Counted from the first letter of the stretch, positions 8,700 through 18,864 are shown. The stretch is DNA of 64,000 bases from Eubacteriaceae bacterium (GCA_009782875.1 WRIE01000003.1:9236-73235), one strand, 5' to 3'. Numbers and translations are program-made. The notes: generated by a model not told the origin, from the letters alone.

Positions 8700-9728
8700 A
8701 TGCCAATGGACAAAGTGCTAAGCAAGATACTTCAAAAATTCCAAGACGGCGATGCTGCCATTTTGGTTACCGTTATCCAAAGCGCGGGATCAACACCGAG
8801 AGGCGCAGGGGCGCAAATGGCTGTGTTTCCTGATGGCGCCAGCATCGGGACCATTGGAGGCGGAGCTGTTGAATACGAGTCGCAAAAGTTGGCCAAACAA
8901 TATCTGGTTGAAAAGAAATCTGCAATAAAAGATTTCTTTCTGAACGAGGATGAAGCTGCCAGCCTTGGGATGATCTGTGGCGGGGACATCACAGCCCTAT
9001 TCCAATATCTTGCGCCATCAGAGCGGTTAAGCCGCTTTTTAAGGCAGGTTTTGCAGCTTGCCGAGTCCGGAAATGAGATGTGGCTCGTAACTGAAATTGG
9101 CAGCGGATGTGATTGGTCCATGGCGACTGTGGACGGGGAGTGCCGGATTCTTGACCGGTATGGAAACTTCCCTGTGCAGGAGCCGGGACTTGGTCTTCTT
9201 GGCCCGCAGTGCGCAATGGAGATTATTGATTCGCGCATTGTGTTTGTCCAGCCTCTAAAAGCTTCCGGGCATGTGTACATTTTCGGCGGCGGGCATATTT
9301 CCCAGAAGCTAGTGCCGTTTTTGCATGCAGTGTTTTTCCCCTGCACAGTTGTTGATGACAACGCAGAATTCGCAAACCATGAACGGTTTCCATTGGCGCA
9401 GAAAATTGTCATTACTGCTTTTGAGCATGCGTTTGACAAAATACAGGTGGAATCCAGCGACTATATTGTAATCGTCACGCGTGGCCATGAATTCGATCAT
9501 AGAGTTTTATCTAAAGCCCTTGATACAGACGCTGGATATATCGGGATGATCGGCAGCAGACAAAAGAATGACGCCATATTCCAGAAATTGATCCTGGAGG
9601 ATGGTTTTACAGTAGCCGGCCTGCGCCGGGTAAATGCCCCCATTGGCCTTCCAATTGGCGGCGAGACGCCGGAAGAAATCGCGCTTAGCATTGCGGCGCA
9701 GCTCGTCCAAGTCCGGGCAAACAGTTAG
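8700..9728 (+). CDS. XdhC/CoxI-family molybdenum-cofactor insertion/maturation protein
   Basis: N-terminal GSTPRGAGA..GTIGGG and C-terminal Rossmann-like IFGGGHIS...VIVTRGHEFD pattern. Confidence 0.85.
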   Translation: MPMDKVLSKILQKFQDGDAAILVTVIQSAGSTPRGAGAQMAVFPDGASIGTIGGGAVEYESQKLAKQYLVEKKSAIKDFFLNEDEAASLGMICGGDITALFQYLAPSERLSRFLRQVLQLAESGNEMWLVTEIGSGCDWSMATVDGECRILDRYGNFPVQEPGLGLLGPQCAMEIIDSRIVFVQPLKASGHVYIFGGGHISQKLVPFLHAVFFPCTVVDDNAEFANHERFPLAQKIVITAFEHAFDKIQVESSDYIVIVTRGHEFDHRVLSKALDTDAGYIGMIGSRQKNDAIFQKLILEDGFTVAGLRRVNAPIGLPIGGETPEEIALSIAAQLVQVRANS

Positions 9729-9755
9729 AAGCTGTATACATATGGAAGGTGATTT

Positions 9756-10781
9756 ATGAAGCTGGTTCAAACGCAGGATGCTGTGGGGCACGTGCTGTGC
9801 CATGATATCACACAGATTATCAAGGGTGTAAGCAAGGGCGCAGCTTTTCGAAAAGGCCATGTAGTAGCTGAAGAAGATATACCGCTGCTGCTTTCCCTGG
9901 GCAAAGCAAGCCTGTTTGTCTGGGAATTCCAGGAAGGGATGCTCCACGAAAATGAGGCTGCTGAAATCCTCTACAATATTTGTGCGGGGGAAAATATGAG
10001 CCCTTCTGAAATCAAGGAGGGGAAAATTGAGTTCATCGCCGACTGTGACGGCTTGTTATTGGTTGATACTGAAAGGCTGTTTGGGATCAACATCCTTGGA
10101 GAGATGGCGATTGCCACACGCCAAGGCGGATTTGCAATGAGGAAAGGCGACAAGCTAGCCGGGGCAAGGGTTATCCCTTTAGTGATCGAGCAGGCAAAAA
10201 TGGAAAAGGCCCAAGCGATTGGCGGCGCAACCCCTCTGCTGACACTGCTTCCTTTCAATGAAAAGAGAGTCGGTATAATCGCAACAGGGAGTGAAGTCTA
10301 CTATGGGCGGATAAAGGACACGTTTACGCCTGTGGTTGAAATGAAGCTGGCGGAATATGGCGCCAAGATTTACGAAAGAATTATATTGCCAGATGCCCCT
10401 GGCGATATTACAGCTGCCATTCTTTCTATGGTCCAAGGGGGAGCGGATATGGTTATCTGCACTGGGGGCATGAGCGTAGACCCCGACGACAACACGCCAT
10501 TGGCGATCTGCAATTCAGGCGCACAGGTAGCCAGCTATGGCGCGCCTGTGTTGCCGGGGGCAATGTTTATGCTGGCTTACTATAAAGGCGATATACCTAT
10601 TTTAGGCTTGCCCGGATGTGTGATGTACGCCGAAAGGACAATCTTCGACCTTGTGCTTCCAAAACTGATGGCTGGTGTGCCTGTTGCTGCAGAAGACTTA
10701 GCGGCTTTAGGGCATGGAGGGTTATGTCTTGGCTGTGAAACGTGTACATATCCGAATTGCGGATTTGGAAAAGGCGCATGA
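9756..10781 (+). CDS. Molybdopterin-binding (MoeA/MoCF_biosynth-like) protein with a C-terminal Cys cluster
   Basis: GIIATGSEV...ICTGGMSVDPDDNTP motif of the MoCF binding domain. Ends in CLGCETCTYPNCGFGKG. Confidence 0.75.
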   Translation: MKLVQTQDAVGHVLCHDITQIIKGVSKGAAFRKGHVVAEEDIPLLLSLGKASLFVWEFQEGMLHENEAAEILYNICAGENMSPSEIKEGKIEFIADCDGLLLVDTERLFGINILGEMAIATRQGGFAMRKGDKLAGARVIPLVIEQAKMEKAQAIGGATPLLTLLPFNEKRVGIIATGSEVYYGRIKDTFTPVVEMKLAEYGAKIYERIILPDAPGDITAAILSMVQGGADMVICTGGMSVDPDDNTPLAICNSGAQVASYGAPVLPGAMFMLAYYKGDIPILGLPGCVMYAERTIFDLVLPKLMAGVPVAAEDLAALGHGGLCLGCETCTYPNCGFGKGA

Positions 10782-10797
10782 CCTTTGAAAGGGACGT

Positions 10798-11712
10798 ATG
10801 CAAATGATTGCCGCTTTGATAATCGCATCCGGAAAAACCTCGACCAGGGATGGATTTGTTCCTCACAGGGAAGTAGGGACAATCCCGGCAATCCAACGCA
10901 TAATCATTTTGTTTCAACGCGCAGGCATAGAGCGCATAGTGGTTGTTTGCGAAGAGGATGGAGCTAAGACGGAAAAGCTTGCTTCACACATGAACGTGGT
11001 CTTCCTCCACAGCCAAAGTGATGCCGAAATGCTGGACAATGTCAAGGCTGGACTAGCTTACTTGCAGGATAAATGCACGGCTGCATTGGTCACGCACTCG
11101 GATGTGCCCCTATACACGGTGGAAACTGTGCGCACATTGATCGCATCAGAGGGGCCGATTTGCATTCCTGCCATCAACGGCGCCACAGGCCATCCCCTGC
11201 TTCTGCGCTCGGACCAGTTCCAGCCTGTTTTAACCTATAAAGGGGAAGGCGGGCTGGCAGGCGCTGTCCGGGCGACAGGCATCCAGCCCAATCTTGTTGA
11301 GGTGCAGGATGAAGGCATCCTCACAAATGTCTATTATGACAGCAATTACACCCATTTAGTCAACAACCACAGTTTAAAGGAGTCTTATCCAGACATAAGG
11401 GTTCGTATTGCCAAAGAGCAGCCGTTTTATGATGCAGGAGCGCATTTGCTTTTGCAATTGACAGAGGAGACCAACTCCCTGCGCCAAGCTTGCCGCCGGA
11501 TGGGGATATCCTATGGCAAGGGCAGGGCTATCATATCGCTTATTGAGCAACAGTTAGGATACCCAATATTGCATACCCAGCAGGGCGGCAAAACCGGCGG
11601 GCATTCTGTTGTTACTGGAGACGGGAAGAAATTGATGTCAAATTATACTTGTTTTATGGCAGAGGCAAAGCAAAGTATTCTTGAGCTGTTTGAAAAACAT
11701 TTCAGTGGATAA
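10798..11712 (+). CDS. MobA/MocA-like nucleotidyltransferase fused to a ModE/LysR-type winged-HTH
   Basis: N-terminal ALIIASGKTS NTP-transferase motif. C-terminal SLRQACRRMGISYGKGRAIISLIEQQLGYPIL..QGGKTGG resembles the ModE N-terminal DNA-binding domain. Confidence 0.75.
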   Translation: MQMIAALIIASGKTSTRDGFVPHREVGTIPAIQRIIILFQRAGIERIVVVCEEDGAKTEKLASHMNVVFLHSQSDAEMLDNVKAGLAYLQDKCTAALVTHSDVPLYTVETVRTLIASEGPICIPAINGATGHPLLLRSDQFQPVLTYKGEGGLAGAVRATGIQPNLVEVQDEGILTNVYYDSNYTHLVNNHSLKESYPDIRVRIAKEQPFYDAGAHLLLQLTEETNSLRQACRRMGISYGKGRAIISLIEQQLGYPILHTQQGGKTGGHSVVTGDGKKLMSNYTCFMAEAKQSILELFEKHFSG

Positions 11713-11714
11713 AG

Positions 11715-12356
11715 AGCCATTGGATGATGGTTTTTGCTTTGGATAGAAATAGTTTCCAACCTTCCCAATACCAATAAGCATGTATCCCAGCTTGGCAATG
11801 GCGTATCATCTCCTGCCAGCGCGCAGTTGATATGCGCAAATGAGCGCTGATCCAGTGGATCCTGCCTGAAAGCCGCGCGTAACACTTTGCCAATATCATG
11901 GTGTAGGAATCACATTGCCCGTTCGCTGCGCCAGTTACAGATTTGCGCCAATAAGCAAAGAGCAATGTCAAAGGGGCTAGTTCCAATGTTGGAACGGAAG
12001 GGCGGGCCTAGCTATATTTGCGGGCGCTGAAACCAGCCATCAGCTTCGCTAGCACCGCATCGTCAAGCGGGCCTTTGCGCTGAACAGCGAAAGCGTGTTG
12101 GCGCTATTTCGCCGTTGCCGTCTTTTGCGCGCACCCTTGGCTTGCCAACAGCAACTTTCTTGCGGTCCATAACAACTTTTGTCTGCTCCTTGCCGTGGCG
12201 GTACGCAGCCCTGTCTTTGTTGTGCTAGCCTTTTTCGCCTGCAAGCTCTCCAACTTCATTTTCCATCAGTTGGCTTGCTTTCTCAATGACCGCTTCCTGG
12301 CCAATTACTTGCGCAGCCTGCTTGACTGGCTTGCTTTCTTTCTGGTATGCTCCCAT
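11715..12356 (-). pseudogene. IS256 (Mutator) family transposase remnant with stops and an internal deletion
   Basis: Reverse translation from 12356 gives MGAYQKE...ELAGEKG*HNKDRAAYRHGKEQTKVVMDRKKVAVGKPRVRAKDGNGEI...AGFSARKYS*, which is the typical N-terminal pattern. Downstream frames are broken. Confidence 0.6.
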
Positions 12357-12492
12357 TATAGCAGCTCCGTTTCACTTAGTATTTTTGCTAACCTAACACA
12401 ATTATACCATAGTGGATGGAGCTGTGTTTTCCTTTTGAAGTTCTACGGAGCTTGGGACATCATCTAGTTCTCTTCCTCGAGGAGGTAAAATT

Positions 12493-13602
12493 ATGGATAA
12501 TAATCAATCTGGACAACCTAGCCAAAAACAAAGCAAATTTAAAGATTTCATTGAAAAAGGAAAAGAGGAGCTAGAGCAAGAGAGAGTGCCATTAACAATT
12601 TTAGCATGTGCTGTATTGTTGTTCGTAGGGTTTGTTTATTTTAGAATCGATAGAATATCAAAAATGTCTTTTGAAGAAATGGTTAGTTTTGCAGCAAAAA
12701 AAGAGCAAACTAAAATAACTGTTGGCATTGTTCAAAATGGCAAGATGATCTATACAGTATATGGAAAAGAGGGTAGAGAACTGCCACAAACAGAACATGT
12801 GTATGAAATTGCCTCTATCACCAAAACATTTACGGCAGCGTTGCTTTTTAAAGCAATAGATGAAGGGAAGGCCAAATTGGATGATAATATCGATAAATAT
12901 CTAGACTTGCCAGACAAGAGTTATTATCCAACACTAAGGCGCTTGGTTACCCATACTTCAGGTTATGTCCCCGAATATTCTGGAGATTCCAAAGAGCAAG
13001 TTTTAGCGCGTATTGGCCAAGTAAGCCTAAAAGACCGCGATTATAGTTTCAATTATTCAAATTTTGGTTTTGCAGTTGTCGGTTTAGTCCTTGAAGCAAT
13101 CTATGGCGAAGATTATGAGGTATTAATTAATAACTATGTGAAAGACGAGTTTGGTTTGCTGAACACAAAAGTCAATGACGGCAGTGGCGATTTGGGAAAT
13201 TATCAAGTCGAGAAAAGCAATAGCGGGCAAAAGCCGGCTGGCTCGTTGACTTCAACTATAACGGACTTGATGTTGTACGCTAAAATGCAATTAGAAGGGA
13301 CGCCAAAATATTTATCACAAATGCATGAGCCAATTGTTGAAATTAAAGCAGGGATGAGGGAAAGCAAAAAACTCAACACCCGGATTAATGCCATGGGGGC
13401 ATCATGGCTTATTGATACAACAAACAACATTGCCTGGCATGACGGCACTATGGGCAAGTATAACAGCTATATAGGTTTTGACAAAGGCCGGCAAATTGCT
13501 GTAATTGTGCTAATTAATACTTCATCAGACCATTTAATACTGACATCGCTTCCCGCATCAATAATTGGCGCAAAACTGCTGGCTGGCCTGCAAAAAAATT
13601 AA
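12493..13602 (+). CDS. Membrane-anchored serine hydrolase (beta-lactamase/PBP4* family)
   Basis: N-terminal TM helix, S-x-x-K motif (ASITKTF), YSNFGF motif. Strong GAGGAGG RBS. AT-rich relative to its neighbours. Confidence 0.85.
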   Translation: MDNNQSGQPSQKQSKFKDFIEKGKEELEQERVPLTILACAVLLFVGFVYFRIDRISKMSFEEMVSFAAKKEQTKITVGIVQNGKMIYTVYGKEGRELPQTEHVYEIASITKTFTAALLFKAIDEGKAKLDDNIDKYLDLPDKSYYPTLRRLVTHTSGYVPEYSGDSKEQVLARIGQVSLKDRDYSFNYSNFGFAVVGLVLEAIYGEDYEVLINNYVKDEFGLLNTKVNDGSGDLGNYQVEKSNSGQKPAGSLTSTITDLMLYAKMQLEGTPKYLSQMHEPIVEIKAGMRESKKLNTRINAMGASWLIDTTNNIAWHDGTMGKYNSYIGFDKGRQIAVIVLINTSSDHLILTSLPASIIGAKLLAGLQKN

Positions 13603-13689
13603 AAAGACGATTGCAGCGTTGCCACCCAAAATCAGCTTTTTCTCTTGTCCTGCTGCTCTCATTTCATAGGGTTGCCCAATCATGGCGCA

Positions 13690-14580
13690 TCACCCCTTGC
13701 CGGCGCGCAGCGTTTCAATAGCCTCCTGCAAATCAGCAGCCAAAGGGCATGTGTACACAACATGCTCTTTTGTCCTTGGGTGCACAAACCCGATCTGCCA
13801 AGCATGGAGTGCCAATCGCGCAAATGGGGGGTGTATCCCGTCACCATAAAAATCATCCCCTGCCACAGGGCAGCCGATATGCGCCAAATGCACCCTGATT
13901 TGGTGTGTCCTGCCCGAAAGAAGCTCCAACTCAAGGAGGGTGTAGCCGCCAAGCTCCTCGATTGTCGAGTACTCAGTCACTGACTCTTTGGCCCCTTCCT
14001 GGACCTCCCGCCTAGGCGAGCCAGCCTCCATGCCAATAGGGGCGTCTATCCTCCCGGTTTTTTGTGGAGGCCTTCCCTTTGCTACAGCCAGGTATTTCTT
14101 GGTTGTGCCAGGCAAGTCAAACTGGCTTTGGATGAAATGGTGCACATACTTGTTTTTCGCTCCCACTACAATGCCTGATGTGTCCCTGTCAATGCGGTTG
14201 ACAAAACGGATAGCCCCCACATGCCCAGTTTCCAGCCAGTGCCCTTGGATGGCGTTTGCCAAAGTGTCGCCTTGGTGTGATTTGGTCGGGTGGACTATCA
14301 TGCCGGCAGCCTTGTCCAGCACGATCACATCATCATCCTCGTAAACAACAGACACGAGGCCGTCCGACGCGCTGCAATTGGGCTCCTCGTCAGGCATGTA
14401 CACCAGTATTGTGTCGCCTGGGCAACACTTGTCTATAAACCGAGCTTTTTTGCCATTCAAAAAAAGCCGCCCGCCTTTCCTGACAGATGTGGCGACTCTT
14501 GACGAGTAGTTATGGCGGACTCTCAAGTAGCTGTTGACAGCCCCTGAGAATCCGCTGTCTACTATATATTTGTACTTCAC
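13690..14580 (-). CDS. RluA-family 23S rRNA pseudouridine synthase
   Basis: S4-like N-terminus, NRIDRDTSG catalytic motif, HQIRVHLAHIGCPVAGD. GTG start overlaps the upstream stop (GTGA). Confidence 0.9.
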   Translation of the reverse strand: MKYKYIVDSGFSGAVNSYLRVRHNYSSRVATSVRKGGRLFLNGKKARFIDKCCPGDTILVYMPDEEPNCSASDGLVSVVYEDDDVIVLDKAAGMIVHPTKSHQGDTLANAIQGHWLETGHVGAIRFVNRIDRDTSGIVVGAKNKYVHHFIQSQFDLPGTTKKYLAVAKGRPPQKTGRIDAPIGMEAGSPRREVQEGAKESVTEYSTIEELGGYTLLELELLSGRTHQIRVHLAHIGCPVAGDDFYGDGIHPPFARLALHAWQIGFVHPRTKEHVVYTCPLAADLQEAIETLRAGKG

Positions 14581-15800
14581 AGCGCTTCTTTGATTAAAAC
14601 AGGGATTTTTGCGGCATCTTCCTCAGTGACAGCGCAAATTGCTATCCTTATGCCCTTTTGGAGGGGGACTGTAAACAGGTTTTTCTCGATAAGTTTTTCG
14701 GTGAGCGCCTTCGGGTCAGGATGCTCCACACTGGCAAAGTACCCGCCCTTGTAGTTGGTTACCGGGATTTCCGCCTTGATGGCAGCATCCATAAACGCTT
14801 TGCCCCGCACAGCTAAGAGACCCCTGTAGAAATCCCTCTCTTCTTCGACCTGTTTATATAAATCCTTGTCATTGTAGATTTTAGTGATGACTGCCATCGC
14901 CCCTGAAGTGCCGTTAGACCATGTTCCGCGGTTGGAATGCGCACATGAATAGTAAAACTCCCTCACAACGTCCTCTGAAGGGCTTACAGCGATCAGCGCG
15001 CCATTGCGCAACCCGTACATCGTGTAGCTCTTCGAGGTTGAATAAGCGACGAGCAGCAGGATGTTTTCAGGCAAATCGGAAAACTTCTCGAAAAAGCTCC
15101 TGGAATCATCACCCGCAAAGTCGATGTAAGCCACATCAACAAGGAAGACAACCCGTTTTTCCGGATCTTGGGCATGTTTTACTGCCAAAGCGATGATCTT
15201 GTCCCACTCTCCATTGGTTATCGAATACCCCGTCGGGTTATGTGAAGGGGTATTAAAGAGCGTGAGCAGCCTCTTTTGAGTATCAATGGTTGACTCGAAG
15301 GCTTCTTCATAGGCTTCGTAATCGAACTCTTTTTTGTCGTTGAACATGTTGTAGGCCACAAGCTTCCTGCCTGCCTCATTGGCTATGTTCATGTAAGGGG
15401 CCCAATACCAGTTGGCAGTGATAATGGTGTCTCCAGGGCTAGTGAAGTTGGCGAATGAATGGCGGATCGCCCCTGTGCCTCCCGGTGTCGCCACTGCCCT
15501 GATATGCCCTTTGGGCCGGTGGGCCAAAAAACATGCGTCAATAGCAGCTTCTAAAAACGCTGGGTTGCCTGCCGGCTCTGCGTAGGCTGCCATGTCTGCA
15601 TTGTCCAGCCCTTTAAACAGCGAGAACACGGTCTCGAAAGCCACGAGTTTTCCGTTGTCGTCCATCAAAGTCCCTATCGTCGCATTGATCACATTCTCTT
15701 TTCCAATTATTGCCGCTTTTTCTTCCGCCCTTTTAGCAAGGCCAAAAATTATGTCGCCTTCCTCAGGGCGCACAGCGTGGGGTGCTACCATGTGTGCCAT
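14577..15800 (-). CDS. Class I/II PLP aminotransferase (aspartate/aromatic type)
   Basis: NPTG motif and YSTSKSYTMYGLRNG PLP-lysine motif. ATG at 15800 is preceded by GGGAGA. Confidence 0.9.
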   Translation of the reverse strand: MAHMVAPHAVRPEEGDIIFGLAKRAEEKAAIIGKENVINATIGTLMDDNGKLVAFETVFSLFKGLDNADMAAYAEPAGNPAFLEAAIDACFLAHRPKGHIRAVATPGGTGAIRHSFANFTSPGDTIITANWYWAPYMNIANEAGRKLVAYNMFNDKKEFDYEAYEEAFESTIDTQKRLLTLFNTPSHNPTGYSITNGEWDKIIALAVKHAQDPEKRVVFLVDVAYIDFAGDDSRSFFEKFSDLPENILLLVAYSTSKSYTMYGLRNGALIAVSPSEDVVREFYYSCAHSNRGTWSNGTSGAMAVITKIYNDKDLYKQVEEERDFYRGLLAVRGKAFMDAAIKAEIPVTNYKGGYFASVEHPDPKALTEKLIEKNLFTVPLQKGIRIAICAVTEEDAAKIPVLIKEAL

Positions 15801-15854
15801 CAAAATTTCTCCCTCTTGTGAATGATTATTTATACAATTAATTTTTAAAAATTG

Positions 15855-17765
15855 CTATTTGACAATGGACCCTCCAGCAATAGGGGTTTCAGGAACGACA
15901 AACGCCAATGAGCCCTTTTCGTCTTCTGCCAGCAAAATCATGCCCTCTGAGAGCTCCCCCCTCAAGTTGGCGGGCTCTAAATTCAAGATGGCCACTACAT
16001 CTTTGCCAACCAAATCGCCAGCCTCAAAGCGCCCTGCAATCCCAGAGACAATTTGGCGCTCGTATCCCCCGAAATCCACCTTAAGAACCAAAAGCTTGTC
16101 GGCATTTTTGTGGGGTTCTGCATGGGTTATCTTGCCCGTCCGCAATTCCATCTTCGCGAACTCCTCGATTGAGATTAGATCCTTGTGCGCTGTTTCTGGC
16201 TTGGCCTCTTCTTTTGTTTTTGCAGCCGTTTCTTTGCTGTCAATCCGCTCAAAGAGGATCAAGGAGGCGGCGATTTTCTTGCCAGGCTCATATCCTCCAT
16301 ATGCCAAATCTTCAAAAGATCCTACATTTGCGCTGATAGCCTCAAGCAGCTTTTGGCCCGTGGAAGGCAAGAACGGCTCAATCAACGCCCCGCAAACCCG
16401 GAGTGACTCCAGCAGATTATAAAGGACAGTTCCCAGCCTTTCCCTGCTGGCCTCCTCTTTTGCCAATACCCATGGCATGGTTTCATCTATATATTTGTTG
16501 CTGCGCCTTAATAAGTTAAACACAAGCCCCAAGCTGTCGGCAACCCGCATCTCGTGTATCTTCTCTGCCACTTCGCCAGGAGTGGAGGCAATCATCCCGA
16601 TTAATTCACTGTCTTCGGCGCTGTCCGTGCCTTTTTTGGGGGCTATCCCGCCAAAGTAAAGGTTGACCATAGACAATGTCCTGTTGGCCAGGTTGCCCAG
16701 GATGTTGACCAAGTCCCCGTTTATGCGCTCTATCAAAAGCTCCGTTGAGAATGTCCCGTCTTGTGCGAAGGGCATCTCTTTGAGGAAGAAATACCTGACA
16801 GCATCCAGCCCGTACTCATTGGCCAAATCATCGGCGTACAAGACGTTGCCTTTAGACTTGCTCATCTTCCCGTCACCGACAATCAGCCATGGATGGCCAA
16901 ATACCTGTTTGGGGGGCTCCTCTCCAAGCGCCATCAGCATAATGGGCCAGTATATGCAATGGAAACGCAAAATGTCTTTGCCGATCAGGTGTATGTCTGC
17001 CGGCCAGTACTTATGGTACATCCCAGAGGACTCGCCATAGGGCTCGTAGCCCAGGAATGTGGTGTAGTTGGACAACGCGTCGATCCAGACATAAATCACA
17101 TGGCCAGTATCAAAGTCTACAGGTATGCCCCAGGTGAATGATGTCCTGGAGACGCATAAATCCTTAAGCCCAGGCTTTATAAAGTTGTTTAGCATTTCAT
17201 TTTTCCTGGACTCTGGCTGTATAAAACCGGGGTTGTTGTCTAGATAGTCCTCAAGCTGCTTTTGGTAATTGGACAGCCTGAAAAAGTATGCCTCTTCTTT
17301 GGCGTAAGCAACCTCCCTGCCGCAGTCGGGGCAGTGCCCATCGACCAGTTGGCTGTCAGTGAAAAAAGCTTCGCAAGGGGTGCAATACATGCCTTCATAC
17401 TCGCCTTTGTAGATATCGCCCTTCTCGTACAAGCGCCGAAAGATCCCTTGGACCCGCCTTTCATGCTCAGGGTCTGTTGTGCGCACAAAAGCGTCGTAGC
17501 TGATGTCCATAGCGTCCCAGACGCCTTTTACAATGGCGCATACCCCGTCGACATACTCTTTTGGCTCTTTCCCTTCCGCCCTGGCTTTCTCTTCAATCTT
17601 GATTCCGTGCTCGTCTGTTCCAGTCTGGAAATAAACGTCGTAGCCGTAAAAACGCATAAACCTTGCTATGGCGTCTGCCAGCACTATCTCATACAAATTC
17701 CCGATATGTGGTTTCCCTGATGTGTAAGCTATTGCAGTTGTGATATAAAAAGGCTTTTTCTCCAT
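15855..17765 (-). CDS. metG: Methionine--tRNA ligase with a C-terminal EMAP/tRNA-binding domain
   Basis: HIGN (HIGH) motif, KMSKS, Zn knuckle CPDCG, C-terminal LVLKVDFGG...QIVSGI. Confidence 0.95.
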   Translation of the reverse strand: MEKKPFYITTAIAYTSGKPHIGNLYEIVLADAIARFMRFYGYDVYFQTGTDEHGIKIEEKARAEGKEPKEYVDGVCAIVKGVWDAMDISYDAFVRTTDPEHERRVQGIFRRLYEKGDIYKGEYEGMYCTPCEAFFTDSQLVDGHCPDCGREVAYAKEEAYFFRLSNYQKQLEDYLDNNPGFIQPESRKNEMLNNFIKPGLKDLCVSRTSFTWGIPVDFDTGHVIYVWIDALSNYTTFLGYEPYGESSGMYHKYWPADIHLIGKDILRFHCIYWPIMLMALGEEPPKQVFGHPWLIVGDGKMSKSKGNVLYADDLANEYGLDAVRYFFLKEMPFAQDGTFSTELLIERINGDLVNILGNLANRTLSMVNLYFGGIAPKKGTDSAEDSELIGMIASTPGEVAEKIHEMRVADSLGLVFNLLRRSNKYIDETMPWVLAKEEASRERLGTVLYNLLESLRVCGALIEPFLPSTGQKLLEAISANVGSFEDLAYGGYEPGKKIAASLILFERIDSKETAAKTKEEAKPETAHKDLISIEEFAKMELRTGKITHAEPHKNADKLLVLKVDFGGYERQIVSGIAGRFEAGDLVGKDVVAILNLEPANLRGELSEGMILLAEDEKGSLAFVVPETPIAGGSIVK

Positions 17766-18381
17766 CAATTCTTGGCACAGGATGCCCCTGCTGAAAAGCG
17801 GTGGGGGAATGCGCCGCTCCCTTCTCTTATGTTAATATCGTTTTGCTTTTTTTCAACCAGCTTCAATTTTCCACAACTGGTCCACGCAAAAAGTTTTGCC
17901 CCGCTAAATACCAGCGCTTCAAAACTCACGCTTGCGCTATGTTCAAAGGCTGCCTGGCGGTTTTGCTGCCAGCAGCCGCGCCATTTGGCAGTGTTTCCTA
18001 AATAGCAGGACAGGGCAGCCAATAGCGGCTTTTTGTGCCAATGCCGGCATTCGGCTATCCCATTCTTTATAATAGGCCATATAAAAGTTAATAATCATTA
18101 TAATCGCTCTTTTGAATAGTTGTCCAGCACAAATGCATAAATTTGCGCCATCCGGCGCCACCCTCCGCCATTTGTCCAGGATTTTTTATCCGCAAAGCAA
18201 ATCCAAGCTGTTGGAATTGCAGCACCAGGCACAAGAAACCCAGTTTGGCCTTTTTTGCCCACTAAATAGACATTTGCTTTACAGTATTAGGCCAGCGGCA
18301 TTGTGCCTATGTAAAAAGCATTGCAAATATGGTATGCTAATTTTGGGTAGGCATATCAACGAATAGGCTCGGAGGAAAGGC

Positions 18382-18837
18382 ATGGATGCAACAAGAATAC
18401 AAATCATTGCGCGTATCGCGAGAAGATATGTGTCTGGCGCGTCAAAGAGAAGCGGTGTCAGCACAGCAGAATACGATAGTCTACATATTATCCGGAAGCA
18501 TGAAGGCATAAACCAAGAGCAGATAGCCGAAGCGCTTAATATCGACAAATCGGCTGTCACGCGAATGATCCAAAATCTTGAGCGAAAAGGCTATGTCATA
18601 AGGCAAAAGGACAAGCGCGACAAGCGCCGCAACCGGATTTATGCCACTGAGAAGGCAAGGGGCATGAGGCTTGAAAAGGCTAGCTCGGAGAGTTTGTTTT
18701 ACGAATGGCTGACCGAAAGCATCGAACCTGAAGAACAAGAGATTTTTTTTAGAGTTTTGGAGCGGCTGGCTCAAAAGGCTCTGGGTGAACTTGATCAGGG
18801 ATTTGTGAATCTAAGCTCCTGGGAATCAGGGAAATAA
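18382..18837 (+). CDS. MarR-family transcriptional regulator
   Basis: Winged-HTH pattern INQEQIAEALNIDKSAVTRMIQNLERKGYVIRQKDKRDKR. GGAGGA RBS. Confidence 0.9.
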   Translation: MDATRIQIIARIARRYVSGASKRSGVSTAEYDSLHIIRKHEGINQEQIAEALNIDKSAVTRMIQNLERKGYVIRQKDKRDKRRNRIYATEKARGMRLEKASSESLFYEWLTESIEPEEQEIFFRVLERLAQKALGELDQGFVNLSSWESGK

Positions 18838-18864
18838 AGGCAGCATAGAATAAATATATATATA

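Noticed and set aside
12195-12467. 90-aa plus-strand ORF
   Set aside because: It is antisense to the IS256-family transposase remnant and has a low-complexity hydrophobic translation.
17766-18135. T-box or SAM riboswitch in the metG leader
   Set aside because: I could not find the conserved T-box 14-mer, the specifier-loop/GA-motif layout or the SAM-I core. It is kept only as an 'unknown structured leader' finding.
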